Shown piece by piece: positions 1-16,680 of a stretch of DNA of 64,000 nucleotides. Each line of letters begins with the position of its first letter. The first letter of the stretch is position 1. The stretch comes from the human T2T-CHM13v2.0 reference genome, Homo sapiens. The position numbers and the translations under genes were made by a program. Location of the stretch: assembly GCF_009914755.1 (NCBI RefSeq), contig NC_060941.1; one strand, 5' to 3'. Under the pieces are notes generated by a model. It searched no databases and was not told where the DNA came from. It saw only the letters and a list, made by a program, of their open reading frames with translations.

Positions 1-98
1 ACACCATGGCAGGAGTATTTAAATGGGGCAGGGGAAACTATTATGATAAATTAGATACAGTGATTTTGTCTTGCACCTTATGAGGACAATTCATTTAG

Positions 99-443
<345 letters not shown>

Positions 444-1095
444 GTTGTAGTTACCATAAAAATTTAACTTTGGTGGTTACAAACAAAACACATACTTTTG
501 TTTTTAACTGAATTTTAAAAATTCAAGGGGAAACCTGTAAAAACAAAATAAATAACAAAATAGTCCAGGTGATGGATGTGAGATTACCATTACTTTAAAC
601 TTGGAACCATGTACCCTAAGAGAATAAAGCAACCTGTGCCAATTGAAGAACTGTGGGGACAACTGTGCAGTGCCTCTTGCATTTGTGCCATGAATGCAAA
701 GATGCCAGGTGCCAAAGTAGAAGTTTTAAGTGAAATTTCCTCAGAAGTGAAAGTCTCTTAACACAAATGGATGTATTTTGGGGAAATGACTACATACTAG
801 TGCTCCAAGAATGAGTAATACATTCAGACTTCTAGATATGGAAAGCACTTTAATGATTTAATCTTTTTATTTGAAAGATGGTAAAAATGGATTCTTTTGT
901 GGTAAAGTGACTTGCTAGTTGGTGCCAGAGCTGCGGTTTTTTTGTTTTTTGTTTTTTTTTTTTGAGTTGTGTTTGGTTACCATTCCAGTGCATTTTTTTC
1001 CTTCATTATAAACTGTAATGTCTTTTCTTCTTACTCTAAAGAAAATAATGTTTATTCATTTCAATTGATAAAATCCCAGCTTTCATTTCCTATAG

Positions 1096-1221
1096 ATGAA
1101 GAACTGCCAGCATGCGAATGCTGAACGTCCTACTGTTGCTCGGATCTCATCTGTGCAGTTCCATCCCGGTGCACAGATTGTGATGGTTGCTGGATTAGAT
1201 AATGCTGTATCACTATTTCAG
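1096..1221 (+). CDS. UTP18: UTP18 internal coding exon (MKNCQHAN...AVSLFQ)
   Basis: Acceptor tatag|ATG at 1095/1096 and donor CAG|gtatgc at 1221/1222; 126 nt, phase 0/0. The WD40-like peptide ISSVQFHPGAQIVMVAGLD matches my recollection of UTP18. Earlier exons lie upstream of the window. Confidence 0.95.
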
Positions 1222-2059
1222 GTATGCATCTTTATTTACTTATTTATTTCTAATGCATTATTTTTATTTAAGGACCAGACATTTGCAACCCCAAATGCAA
1301 AAATACTGAAAAAGATATTCATAGCTAAAACATCATAGCCCGAAGCATAGCTAAGTCTCACAGAAGTGACAGAGTTCATTTACTTGGAAATACAAAACAG
1401 AACATCCAGTCAGCATACTGCCCTTGCTTCTTGCTCCAAAGTCTGTCGTCACTGTTTTCAATCACAGCTGCTCACCCCTTGCCTGTTCACAGTTTGGGTC
1501 GCTCACCATCCCTTGCCCACTCACATTTTTATTGAATGCACCTGTATGACTTCAGTGTACAAGGAACCATAATAATAGGGGATTTGGAGTAAAATTTTTC
1601 TTCCACTGAATATAAAAGTTCAGTAAAATAGTGGTTTAAAATAATAGATTGAGAAGTGAAGAATATATTAATCATGTTAGTGAATATATTCTCTCTACAA
1701 AAACGTGTTCTTTTAATTTTCTGGTGAGTTATTAGAGCAAAGCGATAATATAACCTCATGACTTTACTGGGTCTTCCATGTTTAATCTAACACTGATGTA
1801 CATTGATGGTTTCTTGGGTTGCAACAATAAACAACAGACCTGGCCCTTCACTTCAGGATGTCACTCTCTGATGGGGGTATAGATGGTGAACACATGGTCA
1901 CAAATGTAACCATTCAGTCCTGCAGGTGCTTCACAGTATCTGCTCTTGGATAGGGTATCCCAGTTTTCTTTTAGAGAATAACACTTGGTCCAGTTCATGT
2001 AGTTTGGATGGGACTGACTCTTATCTCCTTATCTGTGGGTGGACAAACTCAAGAAATTA

Positions 2060-2256
2060 GTAGGGCAAGGTATGGGGAAGGAGCGTGGAGCTTCCGTGCC
2101 TTCTCAGGGCACGCCACCTCCTCAGCACCTCCGTGTGTTCAGCAACCCAGAAGCTCTCTGAATACCTTCTGTTAAGCTTTTTTATGAAGGCCTCTTGACA
2201 TAGGCATGGTTGATTAAATCACTGGCCGTGGCTGCTTAAGTCAGCCTTCAGCCCCT
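2060..2256. mobile_element. MER21-family LTR fragment
   Basis: gggcaaggtatggggaaggagcgtggagcttcc...taggcatggttgattaaatc resembles MER21 from memory. Confidence 0.6.
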
Positions 2257-2359
2257 TGGATATGTATTTTTAAATGAACACTTGTAGTGAAAAGTATATA
2301 CTACCAGGATACAGGGTCTGTGGAAATAATCAAAAGAACCATTTTGTACTTCTTTATAG

Positions 2360-2534
2360 GTTGATGGGAAAACAAATCCTAAAATTCAGAGCATCTATTT
2401 GGAAAGGTTTCCAATCTTTAAGGCTTGTTTTAGTGCTAATGGGGAAGAAGTTTTAGCCACGAGTACCCACAGCAAGGTTCTTTATGTCTATGACATGCTG
2501 GCTGGAAAGTTAATTCCTGTGCATCAAGTGAGAG
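2360..2534 (+). CDS. UTP18: UTP18 coding exon (VDGKTNPKIQ...IPVHQVR-G)
   Basis: Acceptor tttatag|G, donor AGAG|gtaaga; 175 nt; continues the frame from the previous exon. Confidence 0.95.
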
Positions 2535-3414
2535 GTAAGATTTCTGTTGAATGCACACAACCAGTCATTCCCCCCAAGGTGAGTTTATGTAACAGTGTTT
2601 ACAACACTTTTTTCACTCCATAGGATTCTTAAAAATAAGAGTTTCTTTAGGTATAGTGTTTGGAAAATGTCTTTGTGCTTTTGAGATAACACGTTTGAAT
2701 GAAACCAGTGAACTTTTTTACTGAACACTTACGGAATGATCATAATTTGGAAATATATATTCCCCCTACACCAGACAAGCAATTGCAAATACTTGGCTGT
2801 AAAGTTAGCAGTTGATGCAGCAGAAAAAGCATGAGCCATGGAGCTAGAAGACCTGGATTCCATTTCTTTGGACAAACTGTTTCACCTCTCTGATCTTCAG
2901 GAAACTTGGATACTCTGTAGTTTTAGTGTTAGTTATAATAAAATTTTGATTTATATTTAAAGGGAATAAAGCACTGCTTTTGGAGGTACTTCTGTATTTT
3001 AAAGAATGAACTACTTAAAAAATAACGCTTTTTTAGGAGGTGAAAATTTATCTGCCCTCTACCATACCCATTCTTTTCCTATATTTCCCTGCTCCTTTAT
3101 ATCCCAAAATACACCGACACCTTCATGCATCCTTTGGGAACCAAAGCCCTTCTAATGAGGTTGTCTGGCTAATCTCAGGAGGTAGTGTTGGCGTATGGCA
3201 CGGCTCACTGGTGCTCTCCCTATTAAACTGTACATGCATGTGGCTGGAAAGGACAAGAGTAGCTCTGTACAACCATTTTTCTACTAGTGGTTGAAAGTGG
3301 ATGGGGCCAACTTTAGAAACATTTATGATGTTTATCTTTAGCATTTCCAATCTTTTCTTTCCTGTGTTCCTGACACTTTGATCCTTTCCGAGTAGATCCT
3401 TGGTTTACCCTAAG

Positions 3415-3570
3415 GCAGAGCTTCTCAGAAGTAAATGTGCACGTGAATCACCTGGGGGTCTCATTAAGCTGCAGATTCTGATTCTGTAGGTCTTAGGTGG
3501 GTTGAGTCTGCATTTCTGATTCTCTCAGGTGATGGTGATACTGTGTGGTCCATGGACCTCACTTGGTTAA
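3415..3570. mobile_element. MER5-type hAT-Charlie DNA transposon
   Basis: Hallmark gaatcacctggggg...gcagattctgattctgtagg...tctgcatttct. Confidence 0.7.
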
Positions 3571-5234
3571 AAAGTCTTAAACCATCTTCTCATATTGAAA
3601 TAGAAAACAATATTTAGTAGTTACTATTTTTACATGTCATTTCACTATTCAAAAGTAATGGATTCTGGCATCTCCTTGTCTTGCATCCTCTTGAGAGAAA
3701 GCGCACCATGCGTTGGCCAAGATACAGTTAGTGATCTTTACCATGGATCTGCTAGGTGGGCAGGAGTGTGTGTCCAGTCACCAACTGCTTTGGAGACATG
3801 GCATTGATCTTTCCTTCCCAGTATTTCTCCTTTTTCTGTTTTCACATTTCCACCGCCTGATACTGTGCTGTTAGGATTAGGTCTGTAGGTGTTTCCAGTT
3901 GTAGCTTCACATGGTGTTAGAACAAGCCTCCTGTCCTACCTCATCACGTAATGATATTTTCTTTATGTTTGGAACTACTTCAGTATACTTTAGTCAGTAC
4001 ATACGGTTTATTCAGAAATTTGGATTAAAATTACCCTTAATAGGCATAGTGGAGTGCCTTTCATAGTAAGGAGACTAGTCATCAGCAGAAGTAACCCCAG
4101 TGATTGGAAATGTAGTATGTGTCTGAAATAATATTGGGGAGCATGAGTCCAAGCAAGGGAACTAAGATGTAGTCTTTGGGAGACAGGACTAGAGTGGGAT
4201 GTCCAGTTTGTAGTAGTGGAAAGTAGCCTTAATTTGTATTTTCCTGTAGTGGAACAAGGGTCCTTAACCAGATTTTTGTAACTCCTTTTTCTCTAATTAA
4301 TATTGTAACTTAGTAACTTAAAATTTTAAAAATATAGACATATATTTTTGACTAGGCAATATATTCACACGGTGTTAAAAATCTACTATGTAGAAATGAA
4401 TGGATAGTGAAAACTCTCTTCTGCTCTGTCTCCCTGTCTTCCTGCTTTCCTTCCTTGGAGGTAGCCAGTTGTATGCATTCTGATGCATCCTGTTAGGTAA
4501 CTTTTTAATGAGTAACTTGGCTCTCTAAGCATTTTGATATCAGGAGGAGTCCCCTGTATAGTCAATATGAACCTTTCAGTCATGGAAAAAGAGACATGTC
4601 CTTTTGTAAGTAAGTTGACTGTATATACCTAGCTCTCATATATGATTTGGTTACATGTGTCACATCCAGAGAAGCTAGTCAGTCCTTAAGTAAACTGACA
4701 TATTGTGAAAAGTTTTGGGGTTTTTTTTGTTTTTTGTTTTTTTTTTTGACTCACAAAGTTAAAGATGAGATTCCTGTCCATCATGAGCTGCTTAGTAAGT
4801 GGCCAGCAGCTAGTTTATATATGTTTTTATGTTTTTGGCTGTCTCTAGTGGCAGTGTATTTCCCTTCTGGTAATGAACTTTGTGACAAAGAAGTATAATT
4901 TATCCTTTTAGTAAATTAGAGGTATTACTGCATATATTTGGAAAATTAGTTGATATGTTTACTGTTTGGAGAGCTGAGTCTCTGGCCTGCAGTTAAAATG
5001 GTGAATGCTAACCAGGACAAAGAAGAGAAGTTTGTTAAGTGCTTTGTAGTGACCTTATGTTTGGGTCAAACTCAGTGATGCCTGCGTTTAGACTTATTCG
5101 GGGTCTGAGCCAGGGTTTTGTTTAATTTGAGCCACTTACGTATTTTAAAAAGTAAGAAACTCATTTGTCAATAGATGATAGTTTTATTGAAAACTATATA
5201 AAACTTTATTTAATTGCTTCATTTCCTATTTTAG

Positions 5235-5335
5235 GTTTGAAAGAGAAGATAGTGAGGAGCTTTGAAGTCTCCCCAGATGGGTCCTTCTTGCTCATAAATG
5301 GCATTGCTGGATATTTGCATTTGCTAGCAATGAAG
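5235..5335 (+). CDS. UTP18: UTP18 coding exon (GLKEKIVRSFEVSPDG...LLAMK)
   Basis: Acceptor ttttag|GT, donor AAG|gtaaag; 101 nt, phase 1/0. Confidence 0.95.
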
Positions 5336-5618
5336 GTAAAGCATTATTATTGCTTCTTGTTCTTCTCCCACAAGACACTAGTGTAGGGATAGTCTTGCAC
5401 CTTAACTCAGTGTGTCCTTAAATCTGCATCTCCAAGTAGAGGAGCACAGGTGGGACTTGGAGAGAAGTTGTGGGCAGTTGGGGGAGAGCTTTTGATTACA
5501 GGGAAAAATAAAGTTGAGTAGGTGCTAGAAAATAGAGAACTAGGTTGTTTTTACTCTACATTGTGTGATTCTTCTGTATACTTTCTAACAGTTTGATAAA
5601 TAATATTTATTGTTTTAG

Positions 5619-5709
5619 ACCAAAGAACTGATTGGAAGCATGAAAATTAATGGAAGGGTTGCAGCATCCACATTCTCTTCAGATAGTAAGAAAGTATACG
5701 CCTCTTCGG
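5619..5709 (+). CDS. UTP18: UTP18 coding exon (TKELIGSMKING...VYASS-G)
   Basis: Acceptor ttttag|ACC, donor TCGG|gtaaga; 91 nt, phase 0/1. Too short to appear in the ORF track. Confidence 0.93.
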
Positions 5710-5761
5710 GTAAGACAACGACATGAAAGAAGCTAAGGATATTTTTACATTTTAAATTTTA

Positions 5762-6068
<307 letters not shown>

Positions 6069-6069
6069 C

Positions 6070-6367
6070 TATCCTGGGCGACAGAGCAAGACTCTGTCTC
6101 AAAAAACAAAAGCAAAAAAACCTAGGACCAGGCGCGGTAGCTTACGCCTGTAATCCCAGCACTTTGGGAGGCTGAGGCGAGTGGATCGTTTGAGGTCAGG
6201 AGTTTAAGACCAGCCTGGCCAACATGGTAAGACCCTGTCTCTGCTAAAAATACAAAAATTAGCCAGGCATGCTGGCGCTCGCCTGTAATCCCAGCTAGTT
6301 GGGAGGCTGAGGCAAAGAATCACTTGAACCTGGGAGACAGAGGCTGCACTGAGCTGAGATCACGTCT

Positions 6368-6402
<35 letters not shown>
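6070..6402 (+). mobile_element. Orphan Alu 3' fragment (6070-6120), AluS lacking ~40 nt near its 3' end (6125-6372), and a (TA)n tail
   Basis: cctgggcgacagagcaagactctgtctc + A-tail is followed by a new Alu that ends gagatcacgtctcaaaa(ta)n. Confidence 0.8.
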
Positions 6403-6414
<12 letters not shown>

Positions 6415-6734
6415 CGAAAAGTTGTGTTTGGTTTTAAAGTTTCTTTTTAGCTAGAAAATCAGATCTATTTTTAGAATTCATTTTTGTTGCCATTGCCTTC
6501 TCATTAATAATAGTGGAGGACTAACAATTTAACATGCAGTTTTAACATGTTTGGGGAAAGAATGGGAAGATAATGCTTATTTAAAAGATTATTCAGGGGT
6601 AAATCATTCTCCTATGATTCCCCATGCTATGAAAATTAAAATAAAATTTTACATGCCTTTTTTTCTCTATTCTCTCTTTTGTCACTTGGTTTTCAGGAAA
6701 CCTTCAGGGGGCAAAGGAAAAACTTCCACTACAG

Positions 6735-7035
6735 TTTCATTTATATTAACATTCTTGAAATGATGAAATCGTAGAAATAGAGAATAGATTAGTGGTTGTG
6801 AGGGTTTAAGGAGGATTTGAGGGCAGGAGAGAAGTGGAGGTATCTATAAAAGAGCAACAGGAGGGGTCCTTGTGGTGATGGGAAGTTTTGTGTCTTGACT
6901 GTATCAGTGTCACTATCCTGGTTGTAATGTTGTCCTGTAGTTATGCAAAATGTTAACATTGGGGGGGAACTGGTAAAGTAAAGAGTACACTGTGTTTTCT
7001 GTATTATTCCTTACAGTGTGTGTGAATCTAAAAGA
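6735..7035 (+). mobile_element. Old L1M (L1MD-like) 3' UTR fragment
   Basis: agaatagattagtggttg...ccttgtggtgatgg...tatcctggttgt...aatgttaacattgggg is typical of L1MD 3' ends. Confidence 0.6.
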
Positions 7036-7684
7036 CATAATTTTAAATAAGTAGTCCTACCTTTCTTAAAAAGATAAGGCAGACATTATTTAAAAAAAGA
7101 TGATTCATTTGAAGGTTTTCTGACTTTCTTTTTGAAAGTTACTTAAAATCATCAGCCCTTGTAGCAATACTCTCTTGACTTTGATGGTGTGTTAAATTTT
7201 CTACATTATTGTCCTTCCTGACATTTCTGTAGCTCTTTTGATTAACCTGCACTGTCCTGCTCTTCTACCTTTCTGACTTCCCTAAGACTTGTTAACTCTT
7301 ACTGTCTATCCCAAAGGACCATGGGGGCCATCCCTTGGGACAGCTACATAATCTTAGTATAGCTAATGCTGTGTTTGGTAGCGGGAGACTTTCAAGTGGT
7401 TCTGCTCTGTGGGTAGTAGTCAGCAACCTCTGTAAAGCTTTTTAGCATAATTTTTATTTGACCTCAGCTAGGAGCATTTGGTAATATAACATTAATAAAA
7501 TTAATAGCATTAATTAAAATTATTTTTTAACTTTTAAAAAGGATTAATTTTAGCTTAACATTAATTTTTGTTTTGTTTTTGTCCTAGAATCAGACTTTCA
7601 CAAGGTTATTTACATTGGTATGTTTTTAATCAATGCATATAAGGCCAGGAGCAGCTATATTTTCTATATTATACTAGTTTTTGT

Positions 7685-7778
7685 GAGAAGAAAGAAGAAA
7701 ATGAAGAGAAAGAGGAAGGAAGGGAGGGAGGGAAGGAAGGAAAGATGGAAGGAAGGAAGGAAAGAAAGAAAGAAAGAA
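7685..7778 (+). repeat. Purine-rich (GGAA/GAAA)n low-complexity tract
   Basis: Seen directly in the sequence. Confidence 0.85.
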
Positions 7779-8094
7779 TTAGTTCAGAGTAATATTCCTG
7801 ATGAAATGGCCCTTGGCCCTGGTAGAGAGAGAGTCGGGGAGGGAGAAGAGGTTGGGGAGGGAAAAGAGGTGGGGAGGGTTGGTCAGCAGAAGTACTGAAA
7901 TTTGATATATGAATTGGACGCAGATATAATGTATTTACAAATTTGGTCATGGCTGTGGAGATCTAATTTATCATAAGGTCCTAAGAAAGCAGGGAAGGAG
8001 AAATCAAAAGTTGAGCCTTGGTAAGTTAGGGGTAATTTTGAAATGTTGATGGTTCTCTTCCTCTCTCTCCGCTTCTTCCTCCTTTTCTTCTTCT

Positions 8095-8723
<629 letters not shown>

Positions 8724-8842
8724 TGATTAGTAACATATTGTTCACATTACATTGTTACATGTAAAGAATAATTTGAGATAAAAAGAGTTGAAGAATTTAC
8801 CTTTTTCTAACTTTACTGGTTTTGTCTTTGTTTACTCATGGA

Positions 8843-9139
8843 TTTTTTTTTTTTTTTGGAGACAGCATTGCTCTGTCTCCTAGGTTGGAGTGCAGTGGTG
8901 TGATCTTGGCTCACTACATCCTCTGCCTCCTGGGTTCAGGCGATTCTCATGCCTCAGCCTCCCCGAGTAGCTGGGATTACAGGCATGTGCCACCACGCCC
9001 AGCTAATTTTTGTATTTTTAGTAGAGATGGTGATTCACCATTTTGGCCAGGTTGGTCTCGAACTCCTGGCCTCAAGTGAGCCACCTGCCTTGGCCTCCCA
9101 AAGTGCTGGGATTACAGGCATGAGCCACCATGCCTGGCC
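8843..9139 (-). mobile_element. Alu
   Basis: Reverse-complement Alu dimer. Confidence 0.9.
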
Positions 9140-9945
9140 ATCTCATGTTGCCTTTTTTGCCATAAGTCATCAACTCATGACCATTTCATGCACTTGCTTT
9201 CTAGATGTTCTTGCTTTTGATCTCTTCCCATTTTAGTCTACTGAGAGACTAATCTTTAAAACACTTTCCTTTATTATAACATTAATGTACAGGCAGACAT
9301 ATAAGGCAAAGGTTTTAATATTTGATCCTATTCAGTTTTCCCAAATGTGTTTTACTACTGCTTAACCTGCACGCTTACTCTAGCCTGGAACATTTTATTT
9401 GTTAGGGAGTTGAAACTGAGATTCACTGAATTCTCATTGGGAGAATAAGAGTACATATGGAAGGGTGAACTTTAGAGCAATATCCTGCAAGGAAGGATAT
9501 TGAGGTACTAGAAAAAGGAAGACGTAAAATAGTGAGGATCCACTTTTGAGATGGATGTAGGGTCATTAGAGTAAACTATTTGTGCTTATTCGTAAGCTTG
9601 TGTTTAGCCTTTTTTTTTTAATCATTTAAATAACTTGGTAATAGATAAATTGTGTGTGTCTTCTTAATTATAAATTCCCGTGTTCTGGATCCGTTCATTT
9701 TTCACTTCTTCCTCTTCCATCATCATTAACATTTTGGTATCTAAATCGCTAACCTTGCCTATTAGGTAGTCTAATACCTGTTGATAGATGTTGGAAGAGT
9801 TACACTAGTGAGTGGTGTTTTGTTTTGCTTCAGATTTTTGGTTCAATAATTTATCTGAGTGGAACTTAGAAGCTTTTTCTAAAAGTTCAACTCAAACCAA
9901 CAGCTTGTGATTTTTTTCCTGTAAACCTAAAGGTACTGTCTATTA

Positions 9946-10310
<365 letters not shown>

Positions 10311-10469
10311 AAGAAATATTCTTAGTCCAGTTTTCCAGAACTAGGAGGGTTATAATAGGTCTGTATTTGTAGTCTCCTGTACTGTTAAGAGGGACTGAGA
10401 GTGGCCAGTTTACTTGCCTTTCAAGTTTAAAGCAAAATTAACAACTCTTTTTTTCGCTCTTTTATGCAG

Positions 10470-10593
10470 GGGATGGAGAAGTTTATGTTTGGGATGTGAA
10501 CTCAAGGAAGTGCCTTAACAGATTTGTTGATGAAGGCAGTTTATATGGATTAAGCATTGCCACATCTAGGAATGGACAGTATGTTGCTTGTGG
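10470..10593 (+). CDS. UTP18: UTP18 coding exon (GDGEVYVWDVNSRK...YVAC-G)
   Basis: Acceptor tgcag|GG, donor TGG|gtaagt; 124 nt, phase 1/2; classic WD motif DGEVYVWD. Confidence 0.95.
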
Positions 10594-10778
10594 GTAAGTA
10601 AAGAGAGGTTCTTGTAACCTTAATCACATTGTGCTAATGAGAATATGTTGAGGAATTGAATATACTAGGTGGTGCATGAGTAGTTCTCTTTATAAACTAT
10701 TCAGTAATATGAAATTGGTCAACCCAGCTGAGCTTTTTTCATTTTATCATCTTTGTGCAGTGTTGAATAATAATATTA

Positions 10779-11101
10779 CAGTAGTTCCCCCCTTATCTGC
10801 AGTTTCACTGTTTGTGGTTTTAGTTACCTGTGGTTAATCACAATCTGAAATCTATGTAAGATATTTTGAGAGCAAGAGACCACATTCACGTAACTTTTAT
10901 TAGGATATATTGTTACAATTGTTCTGTTTTATTATTAGTTGTGTTAGTCTGTTACTATGCCTAATTTATAAATTAAACTTTTTTATAGAGATGTGTGTAT
11001 AGGAGAAAACACAGTACACACAGGGTTCAGTAATCCACAGTTTGAGGCATCCACTGGGGGTCTTGGAACATACGCCCTGCCAGATAAGAAGGGATTACTA
11101 T
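10779..11101. mobile_element. MER44A (TcMar-Tigger MITE)
   Basis: Terminal inverted repeats cagtagttcccccttatctg ... cagataagaagggattact, flanked by TA. Confidence 0.8.
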
Positions 11102-12051
11102 AATTGCAGTTGAACACCTTTTTAGCAAAGAAAATGCTGGCGCTACCTTATATCATTGTATTTTTTCCTATTTAAAATACCTGTTTGATCACATCAAGTT
11201 TTCCTATAATTATTTTCAGCTTCTTGTCATTGATGAGGAGATAGAATAAGTAACTTTGGGTTTAAATCTTAAAGATACCTAAAGCATTTTTCCTTTATCC
11301 AGCTGGGGGTATAAATAAAAAACATGTTCCTAGGAAATACCATTTGATAGTATTGTAGAAACTTTAAAAATATTATCTAGAACACATTGTACTGTGCTAT
11401 TACTGAAAACATTGGTTATTACACTGGGGAAAAGATGGCTGTGTTCTACTACTTGATTCTGAAGATGCAGGGTGAGAGGATGAGGCATTGGATACTTCGC
11501 AGTAATTCTAAGCTACCTTACTAAACCACTAATTAGAACCCATAATTCTGTAACTTCAAGAAGTAGGTTTTTGTGATTTTCTTAGACCAAACACAATTGA
11601 GCCATGAAATGATTTCAGTCAAATCCTCCCTGGGATGGGAAGTCAAGGGGTCTTGTTGTCCAGAAACTTAGCATACTCTCTACTCTTTGTTCACTCTCTC
11701 CTTCCAGGTTAAAACTGGGGAAACTGCTTGTATATATATCCCTACCACCGTTTGCAAATTGGAGTTTGGGAGGAAAGGCAAGTAGAACTAGGCTGTGGAG
11801 CTTGGAGACCAGGCCATCTGCCTTAGGCAGTAAGACAGTAACAGATCCCTTGGAGGGAGAGTGCCCTGATGAAGGCCCCTTCCTTTCCTACCCATACCCG
11901 TGCCAACCCTGTAGCGAGGGACATCTCAGCACAAGCCAAGCATTTACCAGGGTAGTGTGCGCTATGGCAGCAATTCATGAGTAGCAGATCTTCTGGGAAT
12001 AAAGCTCCTTTAAAATGAAGACTGCTGTTTAAACTCATTATAAGTAGTTTT

Positions 12052-12254
12052 TTAATTTTTTTTATTATACTTTTAAGTTTTAGGGTACATGTGCATAACG
12101 TGCAGGTTTGTTACATATGTATACATGTGCCATGTTGGTGTGCTGCACCCATTAACTCATCATTTAGCATTAAGTATATCTCCTAATGCTATCCCTCCCC
12201 CTTCCCCCGCCCCGACCCACAGGCCCCGGTATGTGATGTTCCCCTTCCTGTGTC
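12052..12254 (-). mobile_element. Severely 5'-truncated L1PA (3' UTR only, ~200 bp)
   Basis: L1PA 3' end ttattatactt..aagttttagggtacatgtgc; perfect 16-bp TSD cattataagtagtttt at 12036-12051 and 12255-12270. Confidence 0.92.
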
Positions 12255-13255
12255 CATTATAAGTAGTTTTAAGAACTGCATTTGCCTCTATATGGGGCAA
12301 GAAAAACTGCGCAGAAATGATCTTCACTCAGATTTGTGAAGCCAGTCTTCCTTGCCCTCTCTTTTTTGTATCACTTTTTATTAGCCCCCTTTGAAGGGCC
12401 TATATAGGAAAGAATCTAATACTAGTAGCTTAAACTCATTTAATTTTAATTGCCCTTCAGTGTAATTGATTTCTGATGTGCTTGGCCAACAACCATTTAA
12501 GCTTTTAGAATCTTCAAGTTATTCTTAAAGAATCTTAAGCAAATCTTTAAGCTTTTAGAAGAGGAAGAAAGGACAGGGAGATGAGCCTTGAGGTCACTGC
12601 AGCAATAGGCAGGCATCAGGTAATGAGTCACCAGGACAGTAGGAATGGCAGTGGGGGAATAAGCAAAGGATGTTTGTAATGTATTTGATAAGTGCTTAGA
12701 AGATGGGGAGTGGGAGAGAAGTATTCACATTCTCAGGCTCCAGGCCTGTGCAACCAGAGGAGTGGAATTGTCATTGAAGGGAGGCGGGAGGAGGGGTGAT
12801 GGTGTTAGAAGAGATAATATGCATGTGGCCACCCCCACAAACCTTTAGGAATGCAGTGCATAATTAGGACTAAAGGCACTGATTTGGATGTGGTGGGTGA
12901 TAGGTGGTCTGTGGGAGTAAATGAGATGAATGAGACACTAGAAGTAGGTTGGAAATAGAATCCTGGGGACAAGAATCAGTGGAGAAAGAGGTGACTGTGA
13001 AGGAATCAGGATGCAAGAAGAGTCAGTAAAGTTTAGCCTTCAAGAAGTCAACAGAAGGGGGAGAATTTGAATTCTGTTTTCAACCTGTTTGGTTGGAGGT
13101 TCTATAGGACATCTGTGGCTATAGTGGTGATAGCTGGTCTCTTTGTAACATGATTCCTGTAAATACCAGTTTGTGGGGTTAAATCTATATTCACTTAGGT
13201 TGTGAAAGCCCTTTTACTTGGTTTTTAATCTATTTTAATCCTTTTCTCTTTGTAG

Positions 13256-13430
13256 TTCTAATTGTGGAGTGGTAAATATATACAATCAAGATTCTTGTCT
13301 CCAAGAAACAAACCCAAAGCCAATAAAAGCTATAATGAACTTGGTTACAGGTGTTACTTCTCTGACCTTCAATCCTACTACAGAAATCTTGGCAATTGCT
13401 TCAGAAAAAATGAAAGAAGCAGTCAGATTG
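13256..13430 (+). CDS. UTP18: UTP18 coding exon (SNCGVVNIYNQ...KEAVRL)
   Basis: Acceptor ttgtag|T, donor TTG|gtaaat; 175 nt, phase 2/0. Confidence 0.95.
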
Positions 13431-13896
13431 GTAAATATTTCATTACCCCTTTATTATTGTTATTTTTTAAATTTAAGTTGAAAACATGCAAGAGTAACAG
13501 GAAAGGAGAGCGTTGAATTATTTTTAAAACAGTGGCTTCTTTTGATATAGGAATTATTAGTATTGTAGCTTTTGGATGTGGTTGTTGGAAGGATGCACAG
13601 TAGCCACCACATTTGATTATGTCACTTCTTTCAGTAAAGCTTTGCTGTCCATTCTCACCATTCCTAAAGTGGTCCTCATTTTCAGAGGTTTCTTTTAGTA
13701 TTAATGTTAAGGACTATATTTAAGGCAGACACTTCATTCCTTCACAATTTTCTTTCCTCATTTACCTTTTTAAGGCCTGTTGTCTTAACAGAACGGAGGC
13801 AATTCTCGGGTTTTGAAAGTAAGTTGAACTTGAAAATTAAATTGTATAAAAGTATTGTAATTTAAATAGCTAGGTAGTACCTTTGAATATACCCTT

Positions 13897-14790
<894 letters not shown>

Positions 14791-15361
14791 TCAGAGCTCA
14801 CTTTCAGTGTCACCCCATCTCTGTGAAGTTTCCTAATCTTCAGGCAGAGCCAATTTTCTCATTCATTTAACAATTTTTTGCTCAAGGCACCAGGTATACA
14901 GAAGGCATAGAACTTTGAATAGCAGAATTATGTTTGCTGCTATGTGTGTACTACCAGATTGTACGCACTTTACAAAGTGTGTTATTTTTATTGTGCTCAC
15001 TTGGCAAAAAGCCTTGCATCTGCCATCAGCTTTGTATTAGAATATATCGTTTACAAAGATTTACAAAGAGTTCTACAAAAAGTTTGAGCCAAGTAACAGT
15101 TCTTCAGAGGATTAACTTAACCAAAGTAAACAGTTAATAAAGGGCAGAATTGTGATTTAGATTCCACATTTTTTTCTAGCAGTTCATTGGTTTTCTGGCT
15201 GAATTCCACAGAGCCCTAGATTCTGCACAGGGCTTTATATGGCATGTAGGGCAAGGAGGAGGCTAAGCTCCTTAACTTGTATCATGTAGAGCAGTGTCAT
15301 TGTTGTCTGTGGTATATATATTGGGATTCTGCATATGATTTCCTTAAGAAATGTTTTGTTG

Positions 15362-15732
<371 letters not shown>

Positions 15733-16341
15733 TCATTTGATAAATGAGAAGGTTCTAATTCAAGTCAGCTTTAAAATCCCTGCTCCCTAATGGGAGTGGT
15801 ATACTAGTAATATTAACCTTTTATCACTTTAATGGTAGTAAATTGTTTTAGAAAACCATGGGATCTATCTCCTGTTGACATAATATATTCTGCAAGACAC
15901 ATAATAGTTCTGCATTGTTTGCTTCAGTGATCATGACAGCATTTATATTTTTTTTATTGTGGCAAAATCACATAAGGAATTCATTAGTAAAAGCCAAATC
16001 ACAGTTTTTAAATGGTAGTCAACCATAATATCTAATGGAAAGAAGCCAGGCATAGCAGCTCCATATAATGCCTTGTAAAAAACATTGTTAGCATTGTTAA
16101 ATGCAGTCAATTCCTTATAATGATCTAGACGGTTTTGTCATCCCATTACAAAGCACTGTGAATTTAAGCTGTTGGACTAGTAGGAGACTCAGAAGTCAAA
16201 TTCCTGTTACATCGACAATTTTGGATATAGTAGAACGTCATGGAACTTTCTACCCATTAAATCAAGGATGAGCGAGCTTTTACTTGTTGAATTTTGATAT
16301 CTGTACACTTAACTGTCGTGATAGAAATGGTATTAGAAAGC

Positions 16342-16416
16342 TGGCTGCGGTGGCTCACGCCTGTAATCCCAGCACTTTGTGAGGCCGAGGCAGATGGATC
16401 ACCTGAGGCCAGGAGT
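16342..16416 (+). mobile_element. Alu left-arm 5' fragment
   Basis: Alu start that stops abruptly after ggccaggagtt. Confidence 0.75.
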
Positions 16417-16680
16417 TAAAGAAGTTGGATCTTTATAGGCATTTTTCCTAATTAATAGTTCAATTATACCTTTTAAAATGGGGGCTATAAATAGATGTCA
16501 GAGCACAGCATAGTTTTAATCAGGTGAGATCATTGGCTTGAGGGAAGATTCACCAATGCATTGAGAGATTACACTGGGGAATTTTGCAGGTAGATGCTGT
16601 TGATCTCTTAGGACATTGTAAACAATTCCCCTCCTTTTCCCGATATTCCAAGTCAGTAGCAGAGATAAAGTTTAAAAATA

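Noticed and set aside
7620-7950. K/R/E-rich and S/F/P-rich ORFs
   Set aside because: They are artefacts of the (GGAA)n low-complexity tract.
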